Shown here one piece after another: positions 48,949 through 58,014 of a stretch of 64,000 nucleotides of DNA. Numbering within the stretch: the stretch's first letter is position 1; the number at the start of each line of letters is the position of its first letter. Where the stretch lies: positions 1-64,000 of IMG/VR virus record IMGVR_UViG_3300045988_010311. One strand, 5' to 3'. The DNA comes from a virus. The notes under the pieces were generated by a model. That model ran no database searches and was not told the DNA's origin. It saw nothing but the letters and a program-made list of their open reading frames with translations. The translations under genes and the position numbers were made by a program.

Positions 48949-51377
48949 CAGCTCTTACTATTAGGTTTATTTATTTGTTTTCTCTTGAGTTCAGCATCTG
49001 AGGCATTCTTTGATTGAGTCTCCTTATGCTTAGCCCATTCAAGCTCCATTTTCTTATCAAATTCTCTTATCTGCTCAGCTAGCTTATCCTTAGCTTCTTG
49101 ACTATACTCATCAGGTGCTACACCATCCTCTTCAACATCTGTTGCTCTTGAGTTTGCACTAATAAGAGCTACCTGTATCTTAGTCTGATTATCTCTCTGA
49201 TTCTGTATATCCTTTTGTTGTAATTCAGCTTGCTTCTGCTCATTCTGCATTTGAGCTATCTGTTGCTGACTCTCAAGTTGCTGTTGCTGTGCCTGAGCCT
49301 GCCTCTCCCTAATATCCTTCTCATCCTTCTCTATCAATCTCTGCTTTTCAGCTAATGAGCTTGATGTGTAGAGCTTGGTTATAGTAGAGAATGACAATGT
49401 TTGAGTCTGTAATGCTGCCTGTGCCAGAGTGTCTAGCTTTGATTGAAGTTCCTGAGTACCATTGCTATTATCTACTACCAGGCCATAATCAGCCTCAGCA
49501 AACTCATCGCCATCAATATCCATTACTCTTGTTGATGTATCAGATAAGATGTATTGAAATTTCTTGCTTCTACCTCTAAGTGCTATCTTAGCTGTTTCCA
49601 AGAAGCATTCCAATGCCCTCTTCTTAACATCATCATGTACTACAAACAACCACTCTGTTATATGTGATGACTGTAATGTAGCTCTCTCCACTCCACCTAC
49701 AGTCTCTCTGTTGCTTATCTGACCCTCTCTCTGCTTGGTAATACCTGCAACCTCAGCCATCTCCATCTTGATAAACTCAAGAAGGTTGATTTGCTGCTGA
49801 ATATAGTTACCTATATTAGTTTCAAGCATTCCCTTACCTGCATTATTCAATGCACCTGCAAGTTTACCAGTTGAGGCTCCTATAGTACCCTCCTTAAAGC
49901 TATCAATAACAGCTATATGGTTAATCTTAGCATAGTACATCCACTTGTCAATAGTCCAACCCTTAGGCACTTTACTTAAGTCAAGCTCCAGGATAGAACC
50001 CCAGTTTGCAGCTAGTGCCTTATTAAGCCTGTCATGTATAGCATCATACAGATAGTTATAAGGCTTCATCATATCCACTAATGAGAAAGGTCTGCTATCA
50101 TTGAGGTTATAGATTGAACCTACTATACCAAAGTGACATCTTGATGGGTTACTTAACCTATTGTATTGTACTAGTCTAGGTCTCATATTGACAAAGATAC
50201 CATCCTTGCTATCACCTATCATAGTACCCTCCCAAGCCTCATTTATCCAGAATCTCTGAGCCTCTTCACCCCTGTCTTTGTCTATTACATAGTTCTCAGG
50301 ATAGAAGTTGTATACTTCCTCACCTGTCTCAGGGTCATAAGATTTAACTTTAAGTATAGCCCTCTTTGACTTCCAGTACATTCTAAGAACTCTAAGATTT
50401 CCTGCCAAGTCATAAGGTAGCAATGAAGATGTAACTCCCTCACTGAACAGGTTAGCTGGGTCAAAGTAGTATGAGCCATTGGATGCTGTAACCTCATCAC
50501 CTATCATACTTGTATTGATGAAGCCATATCTCTCATCAAGATTATCCATAGAGTCAGTAGCTGCCTGACCAACATGGTCAGGAAGGTTCTCTATATACTC
50601 AATGTCTCTCTTTGTAAGTACATCATAGTATGTGTCAATGACACGTCCAGGACTCCAATAATCTTCTAACAGTATGATGTCAGCATCCTCAATCCTATTT
50701 GAATAGCCTGACTTAAATACTCTAATCTTTAGAGGATTTACCCTCTCAATCACTGGCTCACCACCTACAATGTCACATTGGTAAATCTCCTCACCAACTG
50801 CCATTGCATCCATGAAACCCTGATTGAATATGAGAGGCATATTAAGCTCCTTGATATAATGGTTCAATAGAGCATTAGCTCTTATCTCTCTTATATCCTG
50901 CCATTCATAGGTGTAGTAATCATTCAGCTTCTCAAGCTTCTGGTTGAACTCATCCTCACTTGCTGAGGTATCTGATATAAGCTCTTGCAATCTTTGGAAT
51001 AGCTCAGACCTCTTGTTCTCTTCTATCTCAGATATTGCATTGGGGTTTGTTACAACAACCTTGAAATCAAAGACTCTCTTACTCTCCTCACCTCTTAAAA
51101 CATTGAGCTTAGAATTCATGATTGGGTAGTGCTGTAACTTATCAGGTATATAACCAGCCTCTATATGGTCTGGGTTAAGTACCATCTGCAAGTCTGACAT
51201 ATGCAACCTACCATTGAGCAAGTCATAGTTAATCTTCTTATGAACTACTGACTTCCTAACTAAATTATAATTGAAGAAAGTCTTCTGGTTAGCCCACAAC
51301 AGACACTCCTTTCTCCATTGCTTAGTCTTCTTAGAGAAAGGAAGCATCTGTCTGGGAAAGTTTATATTATCTGCCAT
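48948..51377 (-). CDS. portal protein (809 aa)
   Basis: Directly downstream of TerL with its own promoter. The size and Gln-rich C-terminal coiled coil are typical of podophage portals. This is a context-based call. Confidence 0.7.
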   Translation of the reverse strand: MADNINFPRQMLPFSKKTKQWRKECLLWANQKTFFNYNLVRKSVVHKKINYDLLNGRLHMSDLQMVLNPDHIEAGYIPDKLQHYPIMNSKLNVLRGEESKRVFDFKVVVTNPNAISEIEENKRSELFQRLQELISDTSASEDEFNQKLEKLNDYYTYEWQDIREIRANALLNHYIKELNMPLIFNQGFMDAMAVGEEIYQCDIVGGEPVIERVNPLKIRVFKSGYSNRIEDADIILLEDYWSPGRVIDTYYDVLTKRDIEYIENLPDHVGQAATDSMDNLDERYGFINTSMIGDEVTASNGSYYFDPANLFSEGVTSSLLPYDLAGNLRVLRMYWKSKRAILKVKSYDPETGEEVYNFYPENYVIDKDRGEEAQRFWINEAWEGTMIGDSKDGIFVNMRPRLVQYNRLSNPSRCHFGIVGSIYNLNDSRPFSLVDMMKPYNYLYDAIHDRLNKALAANWGSILELDLSKVPKGWTIDKWMYYAKINHIAVIDSFKEGTIGASTGKLAGALNNAGKGMLETNIGNYIQQQINLLEFIKMEMAEVAGITKQREGQISNRETVGGVERATLQSSHITEWLFVVHDDVKKRALECFLETAKIALRGRSKKFQYILSDTSTRVMDIDGDEFAEADYGLVVDNSNGTQELQSKLDTLAQAALQTQTLSFSTITKLYTSSSLAEKQRLIEKDEKDIRERQAQAQQQQLESQQQIAQMQNEQKQAELQQKDIQNQRDNQTKIQVALISANSRATDVEEDGVAPDEYSQEAKDKLAEQIREFDKKMELEWAKHKETQSKNASDAELKRKQINKPNSKS

Positions 51378-51401
51378 AGTCTTCCATTATTTAATCTCAT
51401 G

Positions 51402-51409
51402 CAAAAATA
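51402..51409 (-). promoter_or_regulatory. Bacteroidota-type -7 box (TATTTTTG + CA)
   Basis: The reverse complement of caaaaata matches the consensus. It lies 24 nt upstream of the ATG at 51377. Confidence 0.6.
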
Positions 51410-51448
51410 GTCAATCTTACTCATATCTACAAGTAAATAAATGAAATA

Positions 51449-53728
51449 CTAACTAGTTGCCATATCTTTTACTAAATTTACTGTTTTCTTGAACTTCTTG
51501 TCATAGTTATTGGTGAAGAATGGGTCATTGCCTATATAATCCTTTGGAGTGGCATCTTTGTCCCTACTAGGATTACCTTGATATAGTACCATCTTCTCCT
51601 CTCTATATAACATAACCATACCTAATGCCCTGATTCTATCCACATTTATCTCAGGATTGAATGCTATAAGTTCTTCTATCAAGGCTCTGTTCCTCAAGAA
51701 GAACAGGTTCTGGGTAGCTACTTCCCTCTCTGCTCCATCTATAGTAGTAATCATAGTTACAGGTTTCATCAACCAATCCCTTATAAGACCATTGGCATAG
51801 TTGTTTATAGCTGCTGTAGCATTGACACCCTTCTGGTTACTACCAAAGGAGCTGTACTTAATCATTTGCTTATCTCTCAGGTATTCAGGAGTATCAGCCA
51901 ATAAGTGAGTACAAGTCATCTTGGCAAAGTAAGCATAGATTCCCTTCTTATTGGACTCATAGAGACACTTGGCATTATAGAATAGGCATAACAATCTCAC
52001 TATCTCAAAGTTGTCCTCTGCAAATGATTGTCTACCTGTATATTCAGCTACTATCTTGTCAGTCCATAAGTCCAATACAAATGTGGATGACAGTGATGAT
52101 GACTCAGCCTGGTCATTGTCTACAGGGTCATGTCCTATTATATATCTAGTGTCAGGTACTTTACCACTCCTGTCTTTCTCAGGCAACTCAAATATCTCTA
52201 TAGCTCCTGGTGTATCATTCTCTACTCCATACTTCCTGATAGGCTCATCACTTGTAGGTTTGAACTCTACTTCCCCACTCTTATTCATAACCAGCTTACC
52301 TATATATACATCATCAAATGAGTGTACATCAGTGTCAAGCTGCTGTAGTCTTTCAGTCAAAGCTGTAACTGGGAAGAATGCTGACTTTACCTTAATAATA
52401 GCCTCAGCAGGTGTAATAGGGTCTTCTGCTATAACTCTAAGAACTGACTTAGGGTCAGCACTATACTTAGCCTTATGCCTTTGCATAAGTATTTCTATCA
52501 GTGCTTTTACTACATCAGATACCCCATCCTTGTTATAGCACCCTGCTCTATTTATATATGATGGGAAGAAATAACCAAATGTAGGCTTACCTTGCTTAGG
52601 TTTGTCATATACATTCTCTACTGAGAGTATATTATAGGCTTCAGGATAATATAGCAAGGTCTTAGCTGAGCTAAAGTCTGATTCATCCTCGGCAGCAGTA
52701 CCTACCAGATACATGGTGGCAAATGTATAGTCACCATCCTCCACTGACTTCCTAGTAATGTCATACAAGGAAAGTAGTCCTTTGAATGAACCCATCTCCT
52801 CGAATAGAATCCAACCTCTCTTACCTCTCAGCTTCTCGCTGTCATCCTTAGCTGATACTGCCAATACCTGATTTAGTGAACCTCTCTCAATACCATATTC
52901 ATCCTTATAACCCATTTGCCATGACATCTCATTAGGAGAGTTCTTCAACATAAGGTGAGGGAAAGGAGTATGGGAGAAGCTAAAGTTAATTGCAGGCTTA
53001 AACTTAGATAGTGTACCATCCTTATTATCAGATAGATATTCTTTCTGATAAGCAGTCAACACTGTAATAACCCTTCTTTTGGATTCTTCTGACTCCCCTA
53101 AGATAAGATTATGCCCCATAATTGATGACAATGAGTAGGATTTTGCGCAACCTCTCTTAGCCAGCTCAATGGCATGATGACCTTGCTCTCTGGCATTAAA
53201 TAGATAATAATATCTCCAGACATTACCCTCCTGTATGAAAGGGAATGATTCTACTCTGACAGCTTTCCTCTTGCCCTCAGTAATCTTATTGACCATCATA
53301 GGCTGATAGTTCAAGAACCAGTAGTTAAAACCTGAAATCCATGCACCATCTGAGGGTCTAATAAGACCCTCCCAACACCTTCTTCTCTCCTCATCCCAGA
53401 ACTTCCTGAACTCTGAGTTAGGGTTACTATTGGGTTTTAGAAATGTGTAGCATCCATGCTTCTGATAATGCAATGCAGCTTGTCTAAAATAGTCAGCATC
53501 TTCAAGTATAGGAGGATTAGTTATATCCACTATTGCAGCTCCTCTCTCATCCCTAGGTAAATCCTTATAGCAAAGTCTATCTGGAGATATGAGATTCTTA
53601 ATGAACTGTATATTAGTCAGACAATCCATAAGCTGCTCTGCTACCTCACTTGGTAAACTATCAAGTAGCTCCTGTGTAACAGGAGTCTGATACCTGTTAG
53701 TCTGTATTAGCACCTTTATATTTTCCAT
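51449..53728 (-). CDS. terL: terminase large subunit (759 aa)
   Basis: Has a deviant Walker A (KRGCAKSYS), a Walker B-like motif (GWILFEEMG), and a C-terminal acidic nuclease-type motif (IIGHDPVD). It sits immediately upstream of the portal. Confidence 0.7.
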   Translation of the reverse strand: MENIKVLIQTNRYQTPVTQELLDSLPSEVAEQLMDCLTNIQFIKNLISPDRLCYKDLPRDERGAAIVDITNPPILEDADYFRQAALHYQKHGCYTFLKPNSNPNSEFRKFWDEERRRCWEGLIRPSDGAWISGFNYWFLNYQPMMVNKITEGKRKAVRVESFPFIQEGNVWRYYYLFNAREQGHHAIELAKRGCAKSYSLSSIMGHNLILGESEESKRRVITVLTAYQKEYLSDNKDGTLSKFKPAINFSFSHTPFPHLMLKNSPNEMSWQMGYKDEYGIERGSLNQVLAVSAKDDSEKLRGKRGWILFEEMGSFKGLLSLYDITRKSVEDGDYTFATMYLVGTAAEDESDFSSAKTLLYYPEAYNILSVENVYDKPKQGKPTFGYFFPSYINRAGCYNKDGVSDVVKALIEILMQRHKAKYSADPKSVLRVIAEDPITPAEAIIKVKSAFFPVTALTERLQQLDTDVHSFDDVYIGKLVMNKSGEVEFKPTSDEPIRKYGVENDTPGAIEIFELPEKDRSGKVPDTRYIIGHDPVDNDQAESSSLSSTFVLDLWTDKIVAEYTGRQSFAEDNFEIVRLLCLFYNAKCLYESNKKGIYAYFAKMTCTHLLADTPEYLRDKQMIKYSSFGSNQKGVNATAAINNYANGLIRDWLMKPVTMITTIDGAEREVATQNLFFLRNRALIEELIAFNPEINVDRIRALGMVMLYREEKMVLYQGNPSRDKDATPKDYIGNDPFFTNNYDKKFKKTVNLVKDMATS

Positions 53729-54035
53729 CTAACATCAAAGTTAAGTTATCATGGTCCAGAAGAAGATTAAAGATAAGGACAAGTAGAGATTCTTCCATGA
53801 GCTTAGTCATTTCAGACTCTTCTTTTTCAGTAACTATCCTACTGGTATGAGATAGTGTAGTTACTTTGAACTTCTCTCCGTTATTTATATACCATAGAGT
53901 CCACTTATACTCTTTGTAAGCCTTACTAAAGCTGTTACACTCTATCTCTTTGTGTAGTATGAAATGTACTCCTTTCTTACATTTCATCCTTTCAAACTTG
54001 GTATTCAATACTTCTACTATTCCTACTGCATCCAT
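53697..54035 (-). CDS. hypothetical protein (112 aa)
   Basis: ATG ORF overlapping the TerL start by 32 nt. Confidence 0.45.
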   Translation of the reverse strand: MDAVGIVEVLNTKFERMKCKKGVHFILHKEIECNSFSKAYKEYKWTLWYINNGEKFKVTTLSHTSRIVTEKEESEMTKLMEESLLVLIFNLLLDHDNLTLMLDGKYKGANTD

Positions 54036-54040
54036 AATGA

Positions 54041-54574
54041 TTACATATCCTCGTAAATACTCTTCTCTTGTGCACCTCTCACCTTATCACTCTGTGCTAT
54101 CTCCTTAGCCAATGCTCTCTCAGCCTCATCTAGGTCTTTAACCATTGATGGTACTTGTTTAATAATAGCACCTAGCTCCTTGACATCCTTTACATCAAGC
54201 TCTGACATATCAGATGTAAGGTCTCTCAATTTATTCCTATAACCATCAACCAAAGCTCTAGTATCTTCCAGTAATAGAGCTGAGGTAGTCTTGAATGAGG
54301 CATATAGCTTCATGGCTTCCTTTACAGTTCCATCAGGTTGCCATGTAGACTTAAGACCTTCACCTTCTTTAATAGCCTTGCTTCTTTCATCCCTATCTAT
54401 GATGTACTGGTAATCACTTCTGGGGTCTTCCATGAAATAGCAGTATCCCAACTCCATTATAGCCCTTTCCTTAGAGGCTGACTTATCTCTTATCCATATA
54501 GCTCTAAAAGGCTTAAGAGCTAAAGCTTCCTCAGATATGCTGAGGTTATATCCTTCATATTTGAATAGTCTCAT
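54041..54574 (-). CDS. hypothetical protein (177 aa from the ATG)
   Basis: The track start at 54598 is TTG and lies inside the terminator stem. The first ATG (MRLFKYEG) is at 54574. Confidence 0.5.
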   Translation of the reverse strand: MRLFKYEGYNLSISEEALALKPFRAIWIRDKSASKERAIMELGYCYFMEDPRSDYQYIIDRDERSKAIKEGEGLKSTWQPDGTVKEAMKLYASFKTTSALLLEDTRALVDGYRNKLRDLTSDMSELDVKDVKELGAIIKQVPSMVKDLDEAERALAKEIAQSDKVRGAQEKSIYEDM

Positions 54575-54583
54575 ATACCTATT

Positions 54584-54619
54584 AAAATAAAAGCCCAATC
54601 TTGCTTTAAGACTGGGCTT
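54584..54619 (-). terminator. intrinsic terminator after the GroES-like gene
   Basis: Stem AGCCCAATCTT/AAGACTGGGCT. TTTTATTTT follows on the - strand. Confidence 0.7.
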
Positions 54620-54625
54620 ATAGTG

Positions 54626-55042
54626 TTAAACTAGAATCTTTGGCTGTTCAGTGTATATTGCAGGGCTTTCATCAAACTCCTCAACCTCAGCTACAAACTT
54701 AATATCAGAGCTTTGTAAGTACAGATGTTCAACACCATCTATCTCTACTATATCAAAGTTGTAACCTATAACTGGATTGTCCTTGATTACCCCATCTTGC
54801 AGAGACCCAGGCTTATGTTTCATTACTGCATATCTCTTAGGATTGATGAATACTGTATCTCCTACTTCTATGCCTCTTACCATAGGTCCAATTGCAACTA
54901 CAGTTTGGTATTCCTTAACTGTATTAGCCTTGCTAGCATCAATCAGATTACTACCTCTGGCTTTAACTTCACTGCCATATCTGTTCATGGTAGTGATTAG
55001 CCCATCAAACATGGGCTTAACTTTCTTTATTATTGTTATCAT
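54626..55042 (-). CDS. GroES/gp31-like co-chaperonin candidate (138 aa)
   Basis: VKPMFDGLITT...YQTVVAIGPMVRGIEVGDTVFINPKRY...LYLQSSDIKFVAEV parallels GroES IRPLHDRVIV...GEVLAVG...VKVGDIVIF...LIMSESDILAIVE. Confidence 0.45.
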   Translation of the reverse strand: MITIIKKVKPMFDGLITTMNRYGSEVKARGSNLIDASKANTVKEYQTVVAIGPMVRGIEVGDTVFINPKRYAVMKHKPGSLQDGVIKDNPVIGYNFDIVEIDGVEHLYLQSSDIKFVAEVEEFDESPAIYTEQPKILV

Positions 55043-55301
55043 CTCTTAGTTTCTTTACATGCTTATACCTATCCTTAATGGCTTTATACCTAGGGTATGT
55101 ACATGATAGTTTTCCGATGCTAGGTATATTGAAGTTAGTCCTCAACTTGTTGAACTCCTCCTCACTAAGGTCATCTTTAAGTGGTAGTTCTGATATTGTG
55201 CATCTTATATACTCCCAATAAGACTCATATGCCTCCTTGACTACTTCTCCAGGTAGTTCAAGCTTATTAGCCACATGGTCTATAGCATCTTGATAGTTCA
55301 T
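55017..55301 (-). CDS. hypothetical protein (94 aa)
   Basis: ATG ORF overlapping both of its neighbours, consistent with operon packing. Confidence 0.45.
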   Translation of the reverse strand: MNYQDAIDHVANKLELPGEVVKEAYESYWEYIRCTISELPLKDDLSEEEFNKLRTNFNIPSIGKLSCTYPRYKAIKDRYKHVKKLRDDNNNKES

Positions 55302-55684
55302 TGAAAATCAAATAATAACATCAACTTGAATGAGCCATTTTCCTCAATAACTCTAGGTATATATCTTGGATTGAGCTTACCATCTATTATAATGTTATTC
55401 TTTCTCAATTTACCCATTATGACCTGGAAGTGAGGAAGAGTTATATTGCACTCTTCCCTAACCTTCCTCTTAGTGTCTTCACTCATAACGAGTCTGTCAA
55501 GAATACCATTATCAGAGACCACCTTACTTAGTTCATATCTCTGCTTGACAAAGGAAGTGGCTACTTCCATTTCCCTTTCAGTAAGATGGTGAAATGGCTG
55601 TAAGAACATAAACCACATCTTAAAGAAAGAGTAGTCAAGCTTACATGGTATTCTCACCACATTATCCACTCCCTTCTTGACCAT
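55298..55684 (-). CDS. possible winged-helix regulator (128 aa)
   Basis: ATG ORF. The LTEREMEVATSFVKQRYEL...HFQVIMGKLRKNNII pattern is wHTH-like, but the support is weak. Confidence 0.4.
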   Translation of the reverse strand: MVKKGVDNVVRIPCKLDYSFFKMWFMFLQPFHHLTEREMEVATSFVKQRYELSKVVSDNGILDRLVMSEDTKRKVREECNITLPHFQVIMGKLRKNNIIIDGKLNPRYIPRVIEENGSFKLMLLFDFQ

Positions 55685-55686
55685 AG

Positions 55687-55992
55687 TTACTCTCCTTTAT
55701 CAGTGTTTTCTTCTGCTTGTTCTGGAGTAGCCATCAGATTTTCTATCTCAATAGCACACTGTACCTTAAAATTATGAGACAAGTAAGCATTATCCTTATC
55801 AATAACAGCAAACAGATAATCAAGTCTCTTATATAGGTTAGCCAGATTAGCTTCATTCAGTGCCATCCTTAACTGCTGGTTCTGTGTATTAAGCTGCTGA
55901 GCCTGTGCACTAAGCTGGTGACATACATTCTCCAACTCCTCATAACTAAGTTTATTCTTAGCTTCTCCCATTTCTCTAACTTCTTTTCCCAT
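55687..55992 (-). CDS. coiled-coil protein (101 aa)
   Basis: ATG ORF with Gln-rich heptad sequence. Confidence 0.45.
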   Translation of the reverse strand: MGKEVREMGEAKNKLSYEELENVCHQLSAQAQQLNTQNQQLRMALNEANLANLYKRLDYLFAVIDKDNAYLSHNFKVQCAIEIENLMATPEQAEENTDKGE

Positions 55993-55993
55993 A

Positions 55994-56206
55994 TTATTTA
56001 TTTAAGAATTTATCTCCATATTTTGCAATATATAACTTCTCCCACTCCTCTATAGTATTTTCCTCAATATCAGTATCTCCACAGTGGTCACAGTAGTCCA
56101 TACCATCAAGGGACATTATTCTAAGAGATAAACAACTTTTACAGTATTTAACTGGGACAGAGTTATACTCAGCTGTCTTGGACTCATCTCTAAGTAAGTG
56201 TTCCAT
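55994..56206 (-). CDS. zinc-ribbon protein (70 aa)
   Basis: Contains CKSC...(17 aa)...CDHC, i.e. two CxxC pairs. Confidence 0.5.
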   Translation of the reverse strand: MEHLLRDESKTAEYNSVPVKYCKSCLSLRIMSLDGMDYCDHCGDTDIEENTIEEWEKLYIAKYGDKFLNK

Positions 56207-56210
56207 ATAA

Positions 56211-56363
56211 CTATGATTTATAATAAACTAAATATATCTGCCCACCAAGAGTAAACATATTTACTATGGCCTCTCTTGGTATACCAAGTTCATTTGCCTG
56301 GCTTATTATACCCCTAATTGTCTGACCTACTATACAAGTCATTACTTTATTCTTCTCACCCAT
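56211..56363 (-). CDS. small hypothetical protein (50 aa, below the track cutoff)
   Basis: ATG at 56363, TAG at 56211-56213, 4 nt from the next gene. The translation is MGEKNKVMTCIVGQTIRGIISQANELGIPREAIVNMFTLGGQIYLVYYKS. Confidence 0.35.
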   Translation of the reverse strand: MGEKNKVMTCIVGQTIRGIISQANELGIPREAIVNMFTLGGQIYLVYYKS

Positions 56364-56381
56364 GTTTCTAACTATTTATAG

Positions 56382-56454
56382 TTTCGGGAGTAGGACTCGA
56401 ACCTACAACCTCCAGCTTATGAGGCTGGTTAGCTACCATTGCTAGCATCCCGAG
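56382..56454 (-). tRNA. tRNA-Met or Ile2 (anticodon CAT)
   Basis: By-eye cloverleaf: T-arm GTAGG-TTCGAGT-CCTAC and anticodon arm CCAGC-CTCATAA-GCTGG. The acceptor register is ambiguous by 1 nt, with a possible C1xA72 mismatch. Confidence 0.8.
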
Positions 56455-56631
56455 ATATTGCCAAGGTTTGGTATGGTACTTGGCATTGTAAGGTTAACCT
56501 TATACTTACACCCCCAATCATCTACACCTATAAAGCTGTTATTATAACAGGCCAGCTCCTGTTTGAGGCTTACCTAGTAGCATTGGGTGTTACTCTCTCT
56601 CTGTAGGTAAAACAGTTTCAGTAACTTGTAG

Positions 56632-56705
56632 AGCCTCCCCTCAGAATCGAACTGAGACTCCCTGTTTACAAGGCAGGTTTGCTAAACCATTAACACTAAG
56701 GAGGC
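56632..56705 (-). tRNA. tRNA-Thr (TGT)
   Basis: Acceptor GCCTCCT/GGGAGGC, T-arm CTCAG-TTCGATT-CTGAG, anticodon loop CTTGTAA. Confidence 0.8.
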
Positions 56706-56709
56706 ATAG

Positions 56710-56792
56710 TACCCCTGACAGGAGTTGAACCTGCAATCCCCAAGGGGCGTTGGTGTTTAAGACCAATGTGTATTCCATTCCACCACAGGGGC
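56710..56792 (-). tRNA. tRNA-Leu (TAA), type II
   Basis: Acceptor GCCCCTG/CAGGGGT, anticodon arm TTGGT-CTTAAAC-ACCAA, and a long variable arm. Confidence 0.85.
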
Positions 56793-56799
56793 ATTATAC

Positions 56800-57252
56800 T
56801 TAGTAAGGTCTCAAATCACATAACTCAAAGAGGTACTTGTATTTCAGTATATTATGTATGAATGTCTCACACTCGGACCTAATACCCGCATATAAAGTTC
56901 CTTCTGGGATATTCTCATAGAACTTAGTAGTTCCTGCCTTGACCTCATTGATGAAGTCAATAGCATTAAGAGCATCACTAGGAGTACCTTTAATCACATT
57001 AGGTTGCATATGTCCAAGCAATCCCTGATATTCCTCTGCCAATCCATCCTGATAGTCTGAGATAATACCTAGGAACTCATCTAGGTAAACATGAATATTC
57101 TTCTTAGGGGCTGCCCAATGCAGATTCTTACACTTAGTCTTCCAACCCTCCAGAAGGTTAATGAAGCTAATGAAGAATTGACTAGGGTTCTCATCTTGAG
57201 AAGGCTTGAACATCTCATCCATTAGCTGATTATCTAGAAAAACACTATCCAT
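56800..57252 (-). CDS. Dps/ferritin-like four-helix-bundle protein (150 aa)
   Basis: KNLHWAAPKKNIHVYLDEF...DYQDGLAEEYQGLLG parallels E. coli Dps [21 protein letters not shown]...LDTMAERAVQLGG, which carries the H, H, D, E ferroxidase ligands. It has its own promoter. Confidence 0.6.
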   Translation of the reverse strand: MDSVFLDNQLMDEMFKPSQDENPSQFFISFINLLEGWKTKCKNLHWAAPKKNIHVYLDEFLGIISDYQDGLAEEYQGLLGHMQPNVIKGTPSDALNAIDFINEVKAGTTKFYENIPEGTLYAGIRSECETFIHNILKYKYLFELCDLRPY

Positions 57253-57277
57253 TTCTCTTATTCTTTATTTGATACTG

Positions 57278-57285
57278 CAAAGTTA
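57278..57285 (-). promoter_or_regulatory. Bacteroidota-type -7 box (TAACTTTG + CA)
   Basis: The reverse complement of caaagtta matches the consensus. It lies 25 nt upstream of the ATG at 57252. Confidence 0.65.
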
Positions 57286-57338
57286 AGCTAAATATTTAAC
57301 CTGTGCAAGTAAATTACATTATTTAACTAAATTATCTG

Positions 57339-57421
57339 TACCCTCCAAGGGACTTGAACCCTTATGTACTTAGTACACTAGTTTCTAAGACTAGCCTGTA
57401 TACCCATTCCAGCAGGAGGGT
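57339..57421 (-). tRNA. tRNA-Leu (TAG), type II
   Basis: Acceptor ACCCTCC/GGAGGGT, anticodon arm CTAGT-CTTAGAA-ACTAG, long variable arm, T-loop TTCAAGT. Confidence 0.85.
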
Positions 57422-57431
57422 GTAAGCTCTC

Positions 57432-57845
57432 TTATAGAGAGCTATATTCTTTTGTAGCATCAAAGCTAGGGCAAGCTTTTGAGCTAAAGTCTCTGTGCCC
57501 ATGTATAGATGCTTGAGGGTACTTAGTCTTTAACTCCTTAAGTAACTTAACTAATGACTGCTTCTGCTGAGCAGTCCTAGTATCTTTAGGTGTCTTACCA
57601 TCAGAAGCACATCCTCCTATATAGCATACTCCAATAGAGTTAGCATTATGGCCAGCGCAGTGTGCACCTATAATAGACTCATATCTACCTGTATGTATAG
57701 AACCATCTCTATATATTACATAATGATAGCCTATATCAGAGAAGCCCCTTTGAAGGTGCCACTGTCTTATAGTATCTACACTATAGTCTTTACCTTCTGG
57801 TGTAGCACTACAATGTACTATTATTTCATTTATTTTTCTTGCCAT
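57432..57845 (-). CDS. N-acetylmuramoyl-L-alanine amidase, T7-lysozyme/PGRP (Amidase_2) type endolysin, 137 aa
   Basis: IIVHCSATPEG...IRQWHLQRGFSDIGYHYVI.RDGS...GAH..GHNANSIGVCYIGG...HGHRDF..KACPSFD aligns along its whole length with T7 gp3.5. The track GTG start at 57878 overlaps tRNA-Lys, so the ATG at 57845 is preferred. Confidence 0.92.
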   Translation of the reverse strand: MARKINEIIVHCSATPEGKDYSVDTIRQWHLQRGFSDIGYHYVIYRDGSIHTGRYESIIGAHCAGHNANSIGVCYIGGCASDGKTPKDTRTAQQKQSLVKLLKELKTKYPQASIHGHRDFSSKACPSFDATKEYSSL

Positions 57846-57869
57846 ACATATATTATAAAACTTATCATG

Positions 57870-57942
57870 TTCCCCCACTAGGAGTCGAACCTAGCTCTCA
57901 GGATTAAAAGTCCAGAGCATCCACCATCAATGCTTTGAGGGA
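57870..57942 (-). tRNA. tRNA-Lys (TTT)
   Basis: Acceptor TCCCTCA/TGGGGGA, T-arm CTAGG-TTCGACT-CCTAG, anticodon loop CTTTTAA. Confidence 0.8.
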
Positions 57943-58014
57943 GTGAAGCAGGGTCTTTTTAAGAGGTTTCATCTTATTCCTAGGAAAGATTTTTACCCTG
58001 CACACCCTCTAGTG

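Noticed and set aside
56455-56631. The 177-nt spacer between tRNA-Met and tRNA-Thr, and the 84-nt spacer at 58721-58804, examined for additional tRNAs.
   Set aside because: Neither strand has a T-loop (GTTCRANT) or an acceptor pairing. Only simple hairpins are present (TGCCAAG/CTTGGCA, TAAGGTTAACCTTA, GGTAGTT/AACTACC), and these are probably processing or spacer structures.
57846-57878. The GTG-initiated N-terminal extension of the amidase ORF (MGEHDKFYNIC).
   Set aside because: It overlaps the 3' end of tRNA-Lys (57870-57942). The ATG at 57845 gives MARKINEIIVHCSAT, which aligns with the N-terminus of T7 lysozyme.
57943-58014. A possible H-type pseudoknot in the spacer after tRNA-Lys, with AGAGG...CCTCT crossing GCAGGGT...ACCCTGC.
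   Set aside because: The helices are short, found by eye only, and lack comparative support. I cannot distinguish this from chance.
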